A stretch of 64,000 nt of DNA from Candidatus Aenigmatarchaeota archaeon. GTDB taxonomy: Archaea; Aenigmatarchaeota; Aenigmatarchaeia; CG10238-14; SCSR01. Position 1 is the stretch's first letter. Each line of letters starts with the position of its first letter. The notes under the pieces are model-generated. The model had not been told where the DNA came from and ran no database searches. It worked only from the letters and a program-made list of their open reading frames with translations. Positions 35,537 through 44,643 of this stretch are shown in pieces. Position numbers and translations under genes: made by a program. Where the stretch lies: NCBI GenBank assembly GCA_038998335.1, contig JAVZHQ010000001.1, positions 416,001 to 480,000 on the forward strand, in the 5' to 3' direction.

Positions 35537-36667
35537 TTATTTTTCTTCTTCCTTAACTTCTTTCTCCTTCAAAACTTTTGCTAAATCGCGAATTAGTTTT
35601 CTTACATATTCCCTCATTTCATAAACTTCTTTATCAGGAATTTCAGTTATTTTCTTTTCGTCAGCAAGCTTTTTCATGTTTTCAATTTTCTGCCAAATGT
35701 CCCAGTAATAGTTTTCTATAAGCTTAGCATCGATAAATTCTTTCTTAAAAGTTAAAGGAATTTCTTCTTCCTTTTCAGGCATCTTCTTCAAAGTTTTTAA
35801 AGCAGTTATTGCTGCTTTGTGCATAACTTCATAAGTTCTTTCCAAGATTTTTTCTTTTTTCCTCAGCTCTAAAGCGTTAAGTAAGCCAAACATTTTTTCA
35901 ACAAATTTTTCTGCTTTATTTATCCATTCATCGACAAAAGCTCCGCTTACATCAGTAAGCTCTTTGTGCTCAATCTTCTTCCTTATTTCAATAATTTCTT
36001 TTAACCATTCAGCATACTCTGGCTCTAAAATTCCTGGCTCAACCAAAAATTTTTTCACTTCATCATAAGCTTTACTTGGAACAGGAGGAGCTAGTCCCAT
36101 AAACATCAAAACTGCTTGGGCAGTGTTGAGCATAGCATAATAACAATCTTCGGCAAGCATTAGTAGCTTAACAGTTTTTGCACGCATTATTTTTTTGGGA
36201 GCACCTTCCATGTAACTTTCTATAGCCTCTCTTGTTGCAGGTATTCTTCCCATTTCTAAAAGCTTTTTTATTGGAGCAAAGAAGCCAGTATCGTAAATTG
36301 GTATTCCTTCCTTTATGAAATTATAAATTATAGGGTGACAAACTCTTGCATAATCCCAGAATTCAGTTAAAGTATAACTTGGTTGAACAGAAATTCTTTC
36401 AGAAATCTTTTCTGCAATTTTTTCTAAATCTTCATCTATTTTTTCTTGTTCTTCAGGGGTTATTTGAAAAGAAGTATCGTCCAAAACAACAAAAACATCA
36501 ATATCACTTTTTGGTTTAAACTCTTCTCTTGCAACGCTTCCCATCATAACTATGCATTTTATGTATTTCCCGTATTTTTCCAAAACTTTTTGGGCAAAAT
36601 CTTTAACTTCTTTAAGCCTTTTCTCTTTTGTTTCTTCTTTTTCTTGATTTTTCTTTTTCGACATCAT
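35537..36667 (-). CDS. Pol-beta-type nucleotidyltransferase (MNT) + HEPN-like protein
   Basis: MGSVAR...SDIDVFVVLDD; helical domain with CYYAMLNTAQAVL and RKKIEH. Confidence 0.8.
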   Translation of the reverse strand: MMSKKKNQEKEETKEKRLKEVKDFAQKVLEKYGKYIKCIVMMGSVAREEFKPKSDIDVFVVLDDTSFQITPEEQEKIDEDLEKIAEKISERISVQPSYTLTEFWDYARVCHPIIYNFIKEGIPIYDTGFFAPIKKLLEMGRIPATREAIESYMEGAPKKIMRAKTVKLLMLAEDCYYAMLNTAQAVLMFMGLAPPVPSKAYDEVKKFLVEPGILEPEYAEWLKEIIEIRKKIEHKELTDVSGAFVDEWINKAEKFVEKMFGLLNALELRKKEKILERTYEVMHKAAITALKTLKKMPEKEEEIPLTFKKEFIDAKLIENYYWDIWQKIENMKKLADEKKITEIPDKEVYEMREYVRKLIRDLAKVLKEKEVKEEEK

Positions 36668-37518
36668 TCTTCCTCCTCTGGCAACTCCTCGCCAATTATT
36701 TCTTTTGGTAGTAAACTCTTAAACCTCTCGATTATTTCTTTTGTAAGTCTTAAGGCTTTTTCTAAATGTTCAGTAGTTACTTCTTTTATCACTTTATGGT
36801 CTACATCCTTCCAAAGCTTGTCTAATTCTTTAAATTTCTCTATGTATTCTTTTTCAAGTTTATTCTCTGCAACAAGCTTTTCCAAGTATTCAGGAATAGC
36901 TTTTTGGTCGGGCTGAGCCTTATAGTAATACATAATCACAGCTTGGCATATGTCTGTAGCAGAGTACCTTAACTCAAAAATCATTGACTTTATATCTAGC
37001 TTAATTTTTCTGAACCTTGCTTCGCTTGCTCTTGCTTTTAGACTAACTGTTTCCTCGCTAGGAGGAATCAAACCCATTTGAAGCATTCTTTGCACAGGCT
37101 TGATAAAACCTGTGTCATAAATTACTAAACCGTATCTTAAAAAGTTTACAAGCTCGGGAGAACCCATCTTAACCCAGTTCCAAAACTCTGTTAGAGGAGT
37201 AGTTTGAACATGTAATTCTTTGAGCTGATGGGCAATAAGATAAAGATGAGTTGTTACTTTTTCTAAATCTTCTGAACTTTTAGTAGCTGTATCGTCAAGA
37301 ATAACCCAAACATCTGCATCACTTCCTTTAACCATCGTACCTTTAGCTGCAGAACCAAAAATCAAAACTGACTTTATTAAATCGCCGTACTGCCTTCTTG
37401 CTTCGTTAGTAAAAGCAACAACTTTTGAATAAATTTCTTTTGGAGTTTTGATTTCCTCTTTTTCTTCCTTTTTCACAAGCTTTACTTCTTCTAACTCATC
37501 TTCCAGCTTTTCTATCAT
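36664..37518 (-). CDS. Pol-beta-type nucleotidyltransferase (MNT) + HEPN-like protein, tandem paralog
   Basis: FGSAAKG...SDADVWVILDD; LTEFW and YDTGF shared with the neighbour. Confidence 0.8.
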   Translation of the reverse strand: MIEKLEDELEEVKLVKKEEKEEIKTPKEIYSKVVAFTNEARRQYGDLIKSVLIFGSAAKGTMVKGSDADVWVILDDTATKSSEDLEKVTTHLYLIAHQLKELHVQTTPLTEFWNWVKMGSPELVNFLRYGLVIYDTGFIKPVQRMLQMGLIPPSEETVSLKARASEARFRKIKLDIKSMIFELRYSATDICQAVIMYYYKAQPDQKAIPEYLEKLVAENKLEKEYIEKFKELDKLWKDVDHKVIKEVTTEHLEKALRLTKEIIERFKSLLPKEIIGEELPEEEE

Positions 37519-37581
37519 TTTCTCACATTTAATAGTTATACAGGTTAAATATTACCTTTTGTATTTAAATAATAAAAGTAA

Positions 37582-39369
37582 CTATTTTAACTCTTCCTTC
37601 TTCCACTTTTCTGGTGTCATTCCAGGCTTTTGCAAAGCTGCACCACCTAGAAAAGTATATTCTTCTTCTGGAACAACTATTAATCCTTTTATTGGGTCGA
37701 AAGCATGCTCCCTTATGATAACTCTTTGTCTTTCAGGAGATGCAATTTCTTGAGTTGCAACTCCAAAAAACTCTGGTTTGTTTATAAGCTCTTCTGGAGG
37801 AGTATCTTTTTGCAAGAAGTCAGCCATAATTCTTATCGCAGTAACACTTCTTTTGAAAGGGTCATCACCACCTCCTCTTTCATATATTAGATAAACAGTG
37901 TGATGCTTTCCCAGGCCAGCTTTTCTTAAAGTCCAAAGAAGCTTGTAAACTTCTACATCTCCAGGCTCAACCTCAATATGATGGTGCAAAGGAGAAGGTT
38001 TTGTAACGTGTAAAGTTAAAATGTATTTACCAATATCTGGAACAAGTTTAATTAGCTCTGAATATTCGTAAAGCGGGTCAACGCCTTGAGTCGAAAGATG
38101 TTCGCTATCTATAATCATAAAAATCTTTTCTGCCCAATCTTTTGTTTTAGGGTCTTTTGCTAATTCTTCTCTTAAAACTTTAATCGCAACATAAATTTGC
38201 TTAGGATGCCATAAAGGATATAAACCAGCATAAGTAGGTGATCTAGCATCAGGGTTTTCTATAGCAATCTTAAATTCTTTAATTATTTTCTCAAAATTCT
38301 TTTTTTCTTCTTCTATTTTGCCAGGAGATAAAACTTTAATCTTTTCTTCTATTTCTTTTGGCAATTCGTTGATAATAAACTCGATTAACTTTTTTATATG
38401 CCCACAAAGATACTTTGCACTAACACAAGCGTAGTAAAACTCCTTGAACTTTCTTTCATCAGGACCAGAAGCCTTTTTTGCTATTTCAAACATCTCATCT
38501 ATATAATCTTTCCCTCTTTCTATATCATCTATAACAGGTGAAAAGGCTCTTGATTTGATTTCAGGAGGAAGCTTTTCTTCTAATCTTTTCAAAACATCTT
38601 CGTAAAGTTTTGCCATTTCTTTCCAAATAGGGTCTTGTGTATAGTAAAGATAGTGAAACATTATTTTGTAAATTACGTTCAAATTCCCCACTTCTTCTAT
38701 AAACCATTTTTTTCCTTCAGCCAAATGCTGCTCAACAGCTTCTCTAATTCTTTTTTCTCTAACTTTGCTTACTTCCTCTAGCTTAAACTTTCCTTCTCTA
38801 ACTTCTTCTTCTATCATCGCCAAGATTTGTCCTACTGTATGGGGCCCGATTATTGCGTCATCATACTCTAAAGGATGCCTGCTTATTCTGCAAAACCATT
38901 TTCTTAAGGGTTCACACTCTTTCAACTTAGGACGAGAAATATGTTCTCCCGATTCGTCAACCATTATAACAACCATCCTTGCTTCAGCATAAGTCAAAAG
39001 CTCAACCCAAGGATAAAGGCAAGAATGAAAATCTATATATTTACAACCACCAAAAATCGCTGAAATAGTTGATTTTCTTAAGTGGTCATCAGCTTCTCTC
39101 CAATGCTCAGCGTCGCCCATTTCAATAGGCACGGTTAAGCTACCGTGAAAAGTTAGCTCTAAATTTTGCTTTTCTGCTATGTAGCGCAACTCTTTTCCCA
39201 TAGAATAATCTATTTCATGTGGAACGTCGCCTGCAATTTCGATAACGTTTGCTCCTCTTGTTAAAGCATAGCCTAACTTTCTAATAGCATTCGCTAACTC
39301 AGGAGCCGCTGCTACTGCGTGTAAGCCAGTTGTTACCCCAACTTTAAACTGTTCTTCCAAAAAAATCAC
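37582..39369 (-). CDS. Xylose-isomerase/AP-endonuclease-2-like TIM-barrel protein with large helical insertion
   Basis: FHGS, DFH, IEN, IDSEH, LHV..HHH and IYE metal-ligand pattern. Confidence 0.6.
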   Translation of the reverse strand: MIFLEEQFKVGVTTGLHAVAAAPELANAIRKLGYALTRGANVIEIAGDVPHEIDYSMGKELRYIAEKQNLELTFHGSLTVPIEMGDAEHWREADDHLRKSTISAIFGGCKYIDFHSCLYPWVELLTYAEARMVVIMVDESGEHISRPKLKECEPLRKWFCRISRHPLEYDDAIIGPHTVGQILAMIEEEVREGKFKLEEVSKVREKRIREAVEQHLAEGKKWFIEEVGNLNVIYKIMFHYLYYTQDPIWKEMAKLYEDVLKRLEEKLPPEIKSRAFSPVIDDIERGKDYIDEMFEIAKKASGPDERKFKEFYYACVSAKYLCGHIKKLIEFIINELPKEIEEKIKVLSPGKIEEEKKNFEKIIKEFKIAIENPDARSPTYAGLYPLWHPKQIYVAIKVLREELAKDPKTKDWAEKIFMIIDSEHLSTQGVDPLYEYSELIKLVPDIGKYILTLHVTKPSPLHHHIEVEPGDVEVYKLLWTLRKAGLGKHHTVYLIYERGGGDDPFKRSVTAIRIMADFLQKDTPPEELINKPEFFGVATQEIASPERQRVIIREHAFDPIKGLIVVPEEEYTFLGGAALQKPGMTPEKWKKEELK

Positions 39370-41120
39370 CAGTAAACTTCAAAACCTGGAACTTCAAACT
39401 TTGTTTTGAGAAAGTTTGCAACTAAACCAAAATGTCTTCCTGTAATTGTTTGATAAAATTTTGTTAGTCTGTCATTAGGAATAAACTCATAAGGTCCATA
39501 AGCTCTGAAAAAAGCCATTTCAAAACCTAAGCTTCTAAAGAGATTGCTAATACCTTCCTTAATCTTGTTAAATTGCTCGATAAACTTTTTTCTTTGGAGA
39601 TAAGCTTTATCGCTTGCCGAAATAAAAACTTTTGGCTTTTCTTTTTTCTCTTTTTCTCCGTAGATTTCAGGAAACTCTTCTTCCAGCAATTCTTTTATTG
39701 GTTTACCTTCTACAGCCTCGCCTAGCATTTGACTTATATAATTTTCAAGTTGTTTGTCTCTTGCTATTATTTCAAGACAATGACATATTATCAAATTTTG
39801 GGTTTGGGTGTAAGCTTTTAGTGTATCTACCATAATATTTTCAATTTCAGGTCCTGCTGGTGGTATTCTTACAACAGTTCTTGAAATTGGTATATCAAGG
39901 AAAACATAGTAAGGAGAAAAAACCCAGGCTTCTGTCATGCCTAAACCTTTTGTAGATTTTTCAAATTGATCTATAAGCATCTCTCTTGCTTTCAGAAGGT
40001 CTAAAGGATTGAACTTAACGTTATACTCTTTCTCTATTTCTGGGATCATTTTCCTTACTACACTATCTATCGAAGGCTCAACTGGTAAAGCCTTAACATA
40101 ACCGTCAAAATCTTCACCTTTTTTCTCATATATGAATGTTATTTCCTCTTCTGTGAAACCTGCTTTAGCCAAAGAAATCTTGTCAAAACTTTCTCTTACA
40201 ACTTTATACTTTTCTTCAACAGCAAAAGGTTTCCAAGCATATATTCTCATAAAATCTATCGATAAGGCTTGAGCGTCTGGTCTAAAAAATAGTTTAATCA
40301 TTCCTCTTCCTTCAGGACTTGAAAGCGCATCATTTATCATCTTATACCTTGCTATACTTGGCTTAAGCATTTCTTTGTATTCTTCAACAGATTTTCTTCT
40401 TGCCTCAACCAATTGCCTCAAACTTTTATACCTATTCTTAACAGTTTCGCCAAAAAGTCTGTCTCGCCATTCTAAGTAAAGTTTGTTTTTTGTAGCTAGC
40501 ACAACGCCTTCTGCTTCTGAAACGTTAAGCTTTTTTGCTATTTTTTCTGGCTCTGTATCTTCATCGCTTAACTTCATAAAATCTGCTATAATAGTTGGCC
40601 ATCTTATGGCAATTTCTCTTAAAGCAATTCCTGGGCCTGTATGAGCATCTACCAAATCTATAAAAACTGCTTTTAGAGATTGATCACCTTCTTTTACCAA
40701 CTTTTCCCCTTCTTCTTTTTTTCCTTCTTTAATCAGTTTTTTTCCTTTTTCTATTTTTGTATAGTAATCCAAAAACTCTTTGTATTTTCTTAAGTCGTGC
40801 ATTACTAATTCTAAATCAGAGATTGCAGTTGCTACGCTAGCTAAACCAGCTTTTATCGTAGCCTCTAAAGCCTCTTTTTGTCTTAAAGTTAACTCGTAGT
40901 ATTCTCTAAATACAGGAGAAACAAAAATAGATTCTTCTACTTTATACCTTACGAAACCCCATTTTGGTAGCTGGAACATTAAAGAATAGTAGACTCCTGT
41001 GCATCTTCCCAAAGGTGTAGTAAAATCTAGAAGCTCTTCTGCTTCAAAAGGCTTAGCGTTGATTCCTTGCCCTGGTGGAATTTCTGCCGGAGGAAACGGA
41101 CCTTCTGGATATTTTATCAT
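39366..41120 (-). CDS. Large hypothetical protein (584 aa, helical)
   Basis: Long ORF overlapping the downstream gene start; no recognised motif. Confidence 0.7.
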   Translation of the reverse strand: MIKYPEGPFPPAEIPPGQGINAKPFEAEELLDFTTPLGRCTGVYYSLMFQLPKWGFVRYKVEESIFVSPVFREYYELTLRQKEALEATIKAGLASVATAISDLELVMHDLRKYKEFLDYYTKIEKGKKLIKEGKKEEGEKLVKEGDQSLKAVFIDLVDAHTGPGIALREIAIRWPTIIADFMKLSDEDTEPEKIAKKLNVSEAEGVVLATKNKLYLEWRDRLFGETVKNRYKSLRQLVEARRKSVEEYKEMLKPSIARYKMINDALSSPEGRGMIKLFFRPDAQALSIDFMRIYAWKPFAVEEKYKVVRESFDKISLAKAGFTEEEITFIYEKKGEDFDGYVKALPVEPSIDSVVRKMIPEIEKEYNVKFNPLDLLKAREMLIDQFEKSTKGLGMTEAWVFSPYYVFLDIPISRTVVRIPPAGPEIENIMVDTLKAYTQTQNLIICHCLEIIARDKQLENYISQMLGEAVEGKPIKELLEEEFPEIYGEKEKKEKPKVFISASDKAYLQRKKFIEQFNKIKEGISNLFRSLGFEMAFFRAYGPYEFIPNDRLTKFYQTITGRHFGLVANFLKTKFEVPGFEVYW

Positions 41121-41145
41121 AATTTAATTTTATGTTTTTTTTCGC

Positions 41146-41304
41146 TTAAACTTTCATTAAAATTAGCCCGATTACCATTAGCAGAATCCCTATAAAAATT
41201 CCTGCCTTTGTCATTTCTTCAGGTTGATATTTTTCTATGTAAGGAAAAGAGATAATAATTAATAAGCCAAAAACAAAACAACCTGCGCCTATTATCTGAT
41301 TCAT
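41146..41304 (-). CDS. 52-aa 2-TM microprotein (not in ORF track)
   Basis: MNQIIGAGCFVFGLLIIISFPYIEKYQPEEMTKAGIFIGILLMVIGLILMKV*. Confidence 0.7.
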   Translation of the reverse strand: MNQIIGAGCFVFGLLIIISFPYIEKYQPEEMTKAGIFIGILLMVIGLILMKV

Positions 41305-41308
41305 ACCA

Positions 41309-41455
41309 TCACTTCAATAATTCTAAACCTATATAAATTAAGCTTGGGCCAAATAAAATTTCTGCTAAGAAAATTTCTTTGCTTGAAGTTCCAAACGCAC
41401 CTAAAAAAAATAAAATTCCGAACAAAAGAAAAATTCCACCAATTATTTTTTCCAT
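41309..41455 (-). CDS. 48-aa 2-TM microprotein (not in ORF track)
   Basis: MEKIIGGIFLLFGILFFLGAFGTSSKEIFLAEILFGPSLIYIGLELLK*. Confidence 0.65.
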   Translation of the reverse strand: MEKIIGGIFLLFGILFFLGAFGTSSKEIFLAEILFGPSLIYIGLELLK

Positions 41456-41521
41456 AAATTAAATTTAGAGAAAAGATTAAAATCTTTTTAGTTAGAAGCA
41501 CAAATAATATAAAGTGATAAG

Positions 41522-42076
41522 ATGCCTATATTTGCAAGAACTAAGCTTGTTATACATGACGATTGTTTGTCACCAGCTCCTGGAAGCCCTTATCCAGGAA
41601 TGGCCTATACAAAGCTAGAGTACAAAGGACCTAATCCTCAAAAACTTTATCACAAGATAAAAGAACTTTTTATAAGCATTTGGAAAATTGACCCGCATGA
41701 ACTGCAAGAAAGGGATGTTTCTTGGGACAGGAGCAAGGGGGAAGAAAGGTTTAAAGTTACTTTTGATATGGTAAAAGATTTGGACGTTTTCTCTTTCATT
41801 CAAGTGATAGTTGAGCTTAGCGGCTCAGCAAAACCCAGCAAAGAGTTTGGAAGTGAGGGTTCGGCAACAATAAGAATAGAGGGAAGGCTAAGAACAGAAT
41901 ACCCTCAAGATACTCTATGGCAGAGAAGCTTGCTTTATGAGATGTTTAGAGTTTTTTACCATAGAGTAATCTACGAAGGAACAAGGAAGAAATATTTTGA
42001 ACAATGCAGGACAGATTTGATGAAGTTTATCGAGGAAATAAAATCTTTCCTTAATATTCTTAGCAAGTCAAGCTAG
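41522..42076 (+). CDS. Hypothetical protein, paralog A
   Basis: DDCLSP, ERDVSWD and GRLRTEY shared with the next gene. Confidence 0.75.
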   Translation: MPIFARTKLVIHDDCLSPAPGSPYPGMAYTKLEYKGPNPQKLYHKIKELFISIWKIDPHELQERDVSWDRSKGEERFKVTFDMVKDLDVFSFIQVIVELSGSAKPSKEFGSEGSATIRIEGRLRTEYPQDTLWQRSLLYEMFRVFYHRVIYEGTRKKYFEQCRTDLMKFIEEIKSFLNILSKSS

Positions 42077-42083
42077 TGGTTGA

Positions 42084-42608
42084 ATGGTATCCCTAACTTG
42101 GAGGATTGAAGATGATTGCTTAGCACCACAAGCTAGAATAAGTGTTGAGTATGCTGGGAAAGACCCTTTTAAAGCTTATAAAATTGTGAGGGATACTTTA
42201 AGAAAGGTTTTGGAAGTTGAATCAAAAGATTTGTGGGAAAGAGACTTTAGGTGGGATATAAGCTCTGACCCTAGAGGGTTTTTTGTTAGAGTTTATGTGG
42301 ATAAAGGAATAGACGCTAGGTCAAAAGCTTTGATTGAAGTTATAATGCAGGGTGAAATACCTTCTGATCCAAACAAGGAAGGAAGAATAACAATCCAAAT
42401 TGGTGGAAGATTAAGGACAGAATATAAACTTGAAACAGGATTTCAACAGCTTCCAATCTATAGAGGATTGCTTTGGCTTTATCATAAACTTTTTTATAAT
42501 AGAGTAAGAAGAGGGTATCTCGGAATATGTTATGACTGGATTCAAAAGCTTAACTCTGCTTTTAGAGAAGTTCTTGAAATTTCTGAAGAAGCTTTGGGAA
42601 AAACTTAA
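42084..42608 (+). CDS. Hypothetical protein, paralog B
   Basis: DDCLAP, ERDFRWD and GRLRTEY. Confidence 0.75.
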   Translation: MVSLTWRIEDDCLAPQARISVEYAGKDPFKAYKIVRDTLRKVLEVESKDLWERDFRWDISSDPRGFFVRVYVDKGIDARSKALIEVIMQGEIPSDPNKEGRITIQIGGRLRTEYKLETGFQQLPIYRGLLWLYHKLFYNRVRRGYLGICYDWIQKLNSAFREVLEISEEALGKT

Positions 42609-42639
42609 TTATTTTAACAGAAAAAACCAAAAAAATAGT

Positions 42640-42912
42640 ATGGGGATCTTTTCTTTTTTGAGGAGAAAGAAAGAACCAAGTATACCAACTGAACTCCCTG
42701 AGTTACCTCCTTTACCTCCCTCGCCTTCATTACCAAAACCAGAAGCAAGTGTTGAATCCTCTTCCATAGAAAATTTAAGAGTAAAGATTGACTTGGTTTT
42801 AACACATATAGATAGCTTAAAAACGCAGTACGAAACTTTAAACGAGAGAATAAAAAATATAGAGCAAATGGTTCAAGAGATTAGAAGCTATTATTATGTT
42901 TATAAGAAGTAA
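42640..42912 (+). CDS. Small protein with amphipathic N-terminus, Pro-rich linker and coiled coil
   Basis: MGIFSFLRRKK, PELPPLPPSP, heptad C-terminus; start moved to 42640. Confidence 0.65.
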   Translation: MGIFSFLRRKKEPSIPTELPELPPLPPSPSLPKPEASVESSSIENLRVKIDLVLTHIDSLKTQYETLNERIKNIEQMVQEIRSYYYVYKK

Positions 42913-42950
42913 ACACCTAAGAGTAAAGAAAAAGTATTTTTTATTTTATT

Positions 42951-43436
42951 TCAATCTTCTCTGCAGGATTCGCAGAGCCATGTTCCATTTTTTTTCTTCA
43001 AGTTTTCTGCTACTTGTCCACAAGCCTCACAAATCCCTATTTCGTCTAAATTTTCTTGATCTTCGTTGATAATTACTGGAGAAAGGTTTCGAGTTTTTTC
43101 ATGAACGAAAAAACCTGTGCCAAGAAAGTCAAAGTTGAAAAGGTGAGCAAATTTTTTTGCGAGTTTTATGTCTTTATTGAAAATCCACCAAAAGACTTCA
43201 TTAGTGTAGCAGTAAGGGCATAGAATAGTGTTAGACTTTCTTTTACATTTAACGCAAAACTCTTGCTCATCACTCGAAAAAAAAATTTGTAAGGAAAGAT
43301 GAAAAGCTTGGTATTCAGCTAATAAATTGTTGTTTTCGCTTGAAAGCCATCGAGAAATTGTTTGTCTAAGGCAATCTGTACAAAGGAAATTTATTATGGG
43401 CTCAAGGCAAATCCTGCAGATTATTGTCTCCTCCAT
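42951..43436 (-). CDS. Multi-zinc-finger hypothetical protein
   Basis: Six CxxC pairs (CRIC, CTDC, CVKC, CPYC, CEAC, CESC). Confidence 0.7.
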   Translation of the reverse strand: MEETIICRICLEPIINFLCTDCLRQTISRWLSSENNNLLAEYQAFHLSLQIFFSSDEQEFCVKCKRKSNTILCPYCYTNEVFWWIFNKDIKLAKKFAHLFNFDFLGTGFFVHEKTRNLSPVIINEDQENLDEIGICEACGQVAENLKKKNGTWLCESCRED

Positions 43437-43548
43437 GTTATCCCTTCTTTTCTAGGGATATATTATTGATTTTTTAGAATATTTAAGGTTTTCCCTCAAA
43501 AAGTAAAATTTAAATATTTTAAAATTATAAAAAATTAAGTGATTTTAA

Positions 43549-44097
43549 ATGAAAATTAAAAATATTTTAGATGATAAAAATCAGTACCTCATTTCACAGC
43601 TTCTAAAAGATGGAAGAATTAAATACACTACACTTGCAAAAGAACTTAAAGTTACACCAGCTGCAATAAAGGAAAGGGTTGAAAGACTTATAGAAAAAAA
43701 GATAATAAAAATAAGCGCTTTAGTTAACTTGCAAAAACTTTATCCTTTAACAGCTTGCATAGGAGTAGAAACTGACGCTGACGGAGTAAACATCCTTATA
43801 AGAAAACTGAGGAATTGCCCTCTCGTTTTAAACTTAATTAAAACTTCTGGAAATCATAATCTAATAGTAAATGTTGTAGGTACTGATATTGCTTTAATAG
43901 ACGAGTTTATAAACAAACAAATAAGGTCTGAGCCTGGGATTAAGCATGTGGAAGTTAACTTAGGGAATACTTTAACCTTGCCAGAATTTGCAAACATAAG
44001 GCTTTTTTACCCAAAAAACAACGAAACTGCACCTTGTGGTTTGAGGTATGATGATGAAACTAGATGCTTAAGATGCCCTGCTTTTTTAAAGGAATGA
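43549..44097 (+). CDS. Lrp/AsnC-family regulator with Cys-rich tail
   Basis: DGRIKYTTLAKEL HTH, TSGNHNL RAM domain and PCG...CLRCP. Confidence 0.88.
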   Translation: MKIKNILDDKNQYLISQLLKDGRIKYTTLAKELKVTPAAIKERVERLIEKKIIKISALVNLQKLYPLTACIGVETDADGVNILIRKLRNCPLVLNLIKTSGNHNLIVNVVGTDIALIDEFINKQIRSEPGIKHVEVNLGNTLTLPEFANIRLFYPKNNETAPCGLRYDDETRCLRCPAFLKE

Positions 44098-44101
44098 AAT
44101 T

Positions 44102-44611
44102 ATGGAAGAAAAAATAAAAGAGTTAAAAGAGATTGAAGAAAGAGTTTACAAGAATTTTGACGAAAGAGAAAGGATGAAAATGCTGGGAAATATTGCTGGA
44201 AAAATTATATGCACCATGGCCAAGCACTTAGTTAAGGACACAGGCTATAGCGCAACAAAAAAAATAATAGAAAGGGAGTTGAGGGAAATAGGAAAGAGTG
44301 ATGCAGAAAGTATAGTAAAACTTCTTAACACACAGGAAAAAAACGCTGAAACTGCTTCTAAGGCTTTAAAGATTGCTGCCTTAATATTAGGTTTAAAGCT
44401 TGGTATAGTTAACAACCATACCGTAATTGTAGAATGTCCTTATGGAGCAGAAGTTATGAGGTTAAAAGATCCGTTTTTCTGTGCAATATGCCATGAGTAT
44501 TGCAAAGGAATAGTCGAAAAAATTGCTGGCGAGAATTATACTCTTGTCCAAAATTCAAGCTTAACAAAAGGCGATGAATTTTGTTCTTTTGACGTGAAGA
44601 AAAGATTTTAA
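44102..44611 (+). CDS. V4R-like small-molecule-binding domain protein
   Basis: ECPY...FCAIC..YCKG...KGDEFCSF. Confidence 0.7.
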   Translation: MEEKIKELKEIEERVYKNFDERERMKMLGNIAGKIICTMAKHLVKDTGYSATKKIIERELREIGKSDAESIVKLLNTQEKNAETASKALKIAALILGLKLGIVNNHTVIVECPYGAEVMRLKDPFFCAICHEYCKGIVEKIAGENYTLVQNSSLTKGDEFCSFDVKKRF

Positions 44612-44643
44612 TCTTTAACTGTATCTAATTATTAGGGATAAGC

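Noticed and set aside
41301-41501. 66-aa ORF from the track
   Set aside because: The overlapping ATG-start 48-aa 2-TM ORF in another frame is a better gene, being paralogous to its neighbour.
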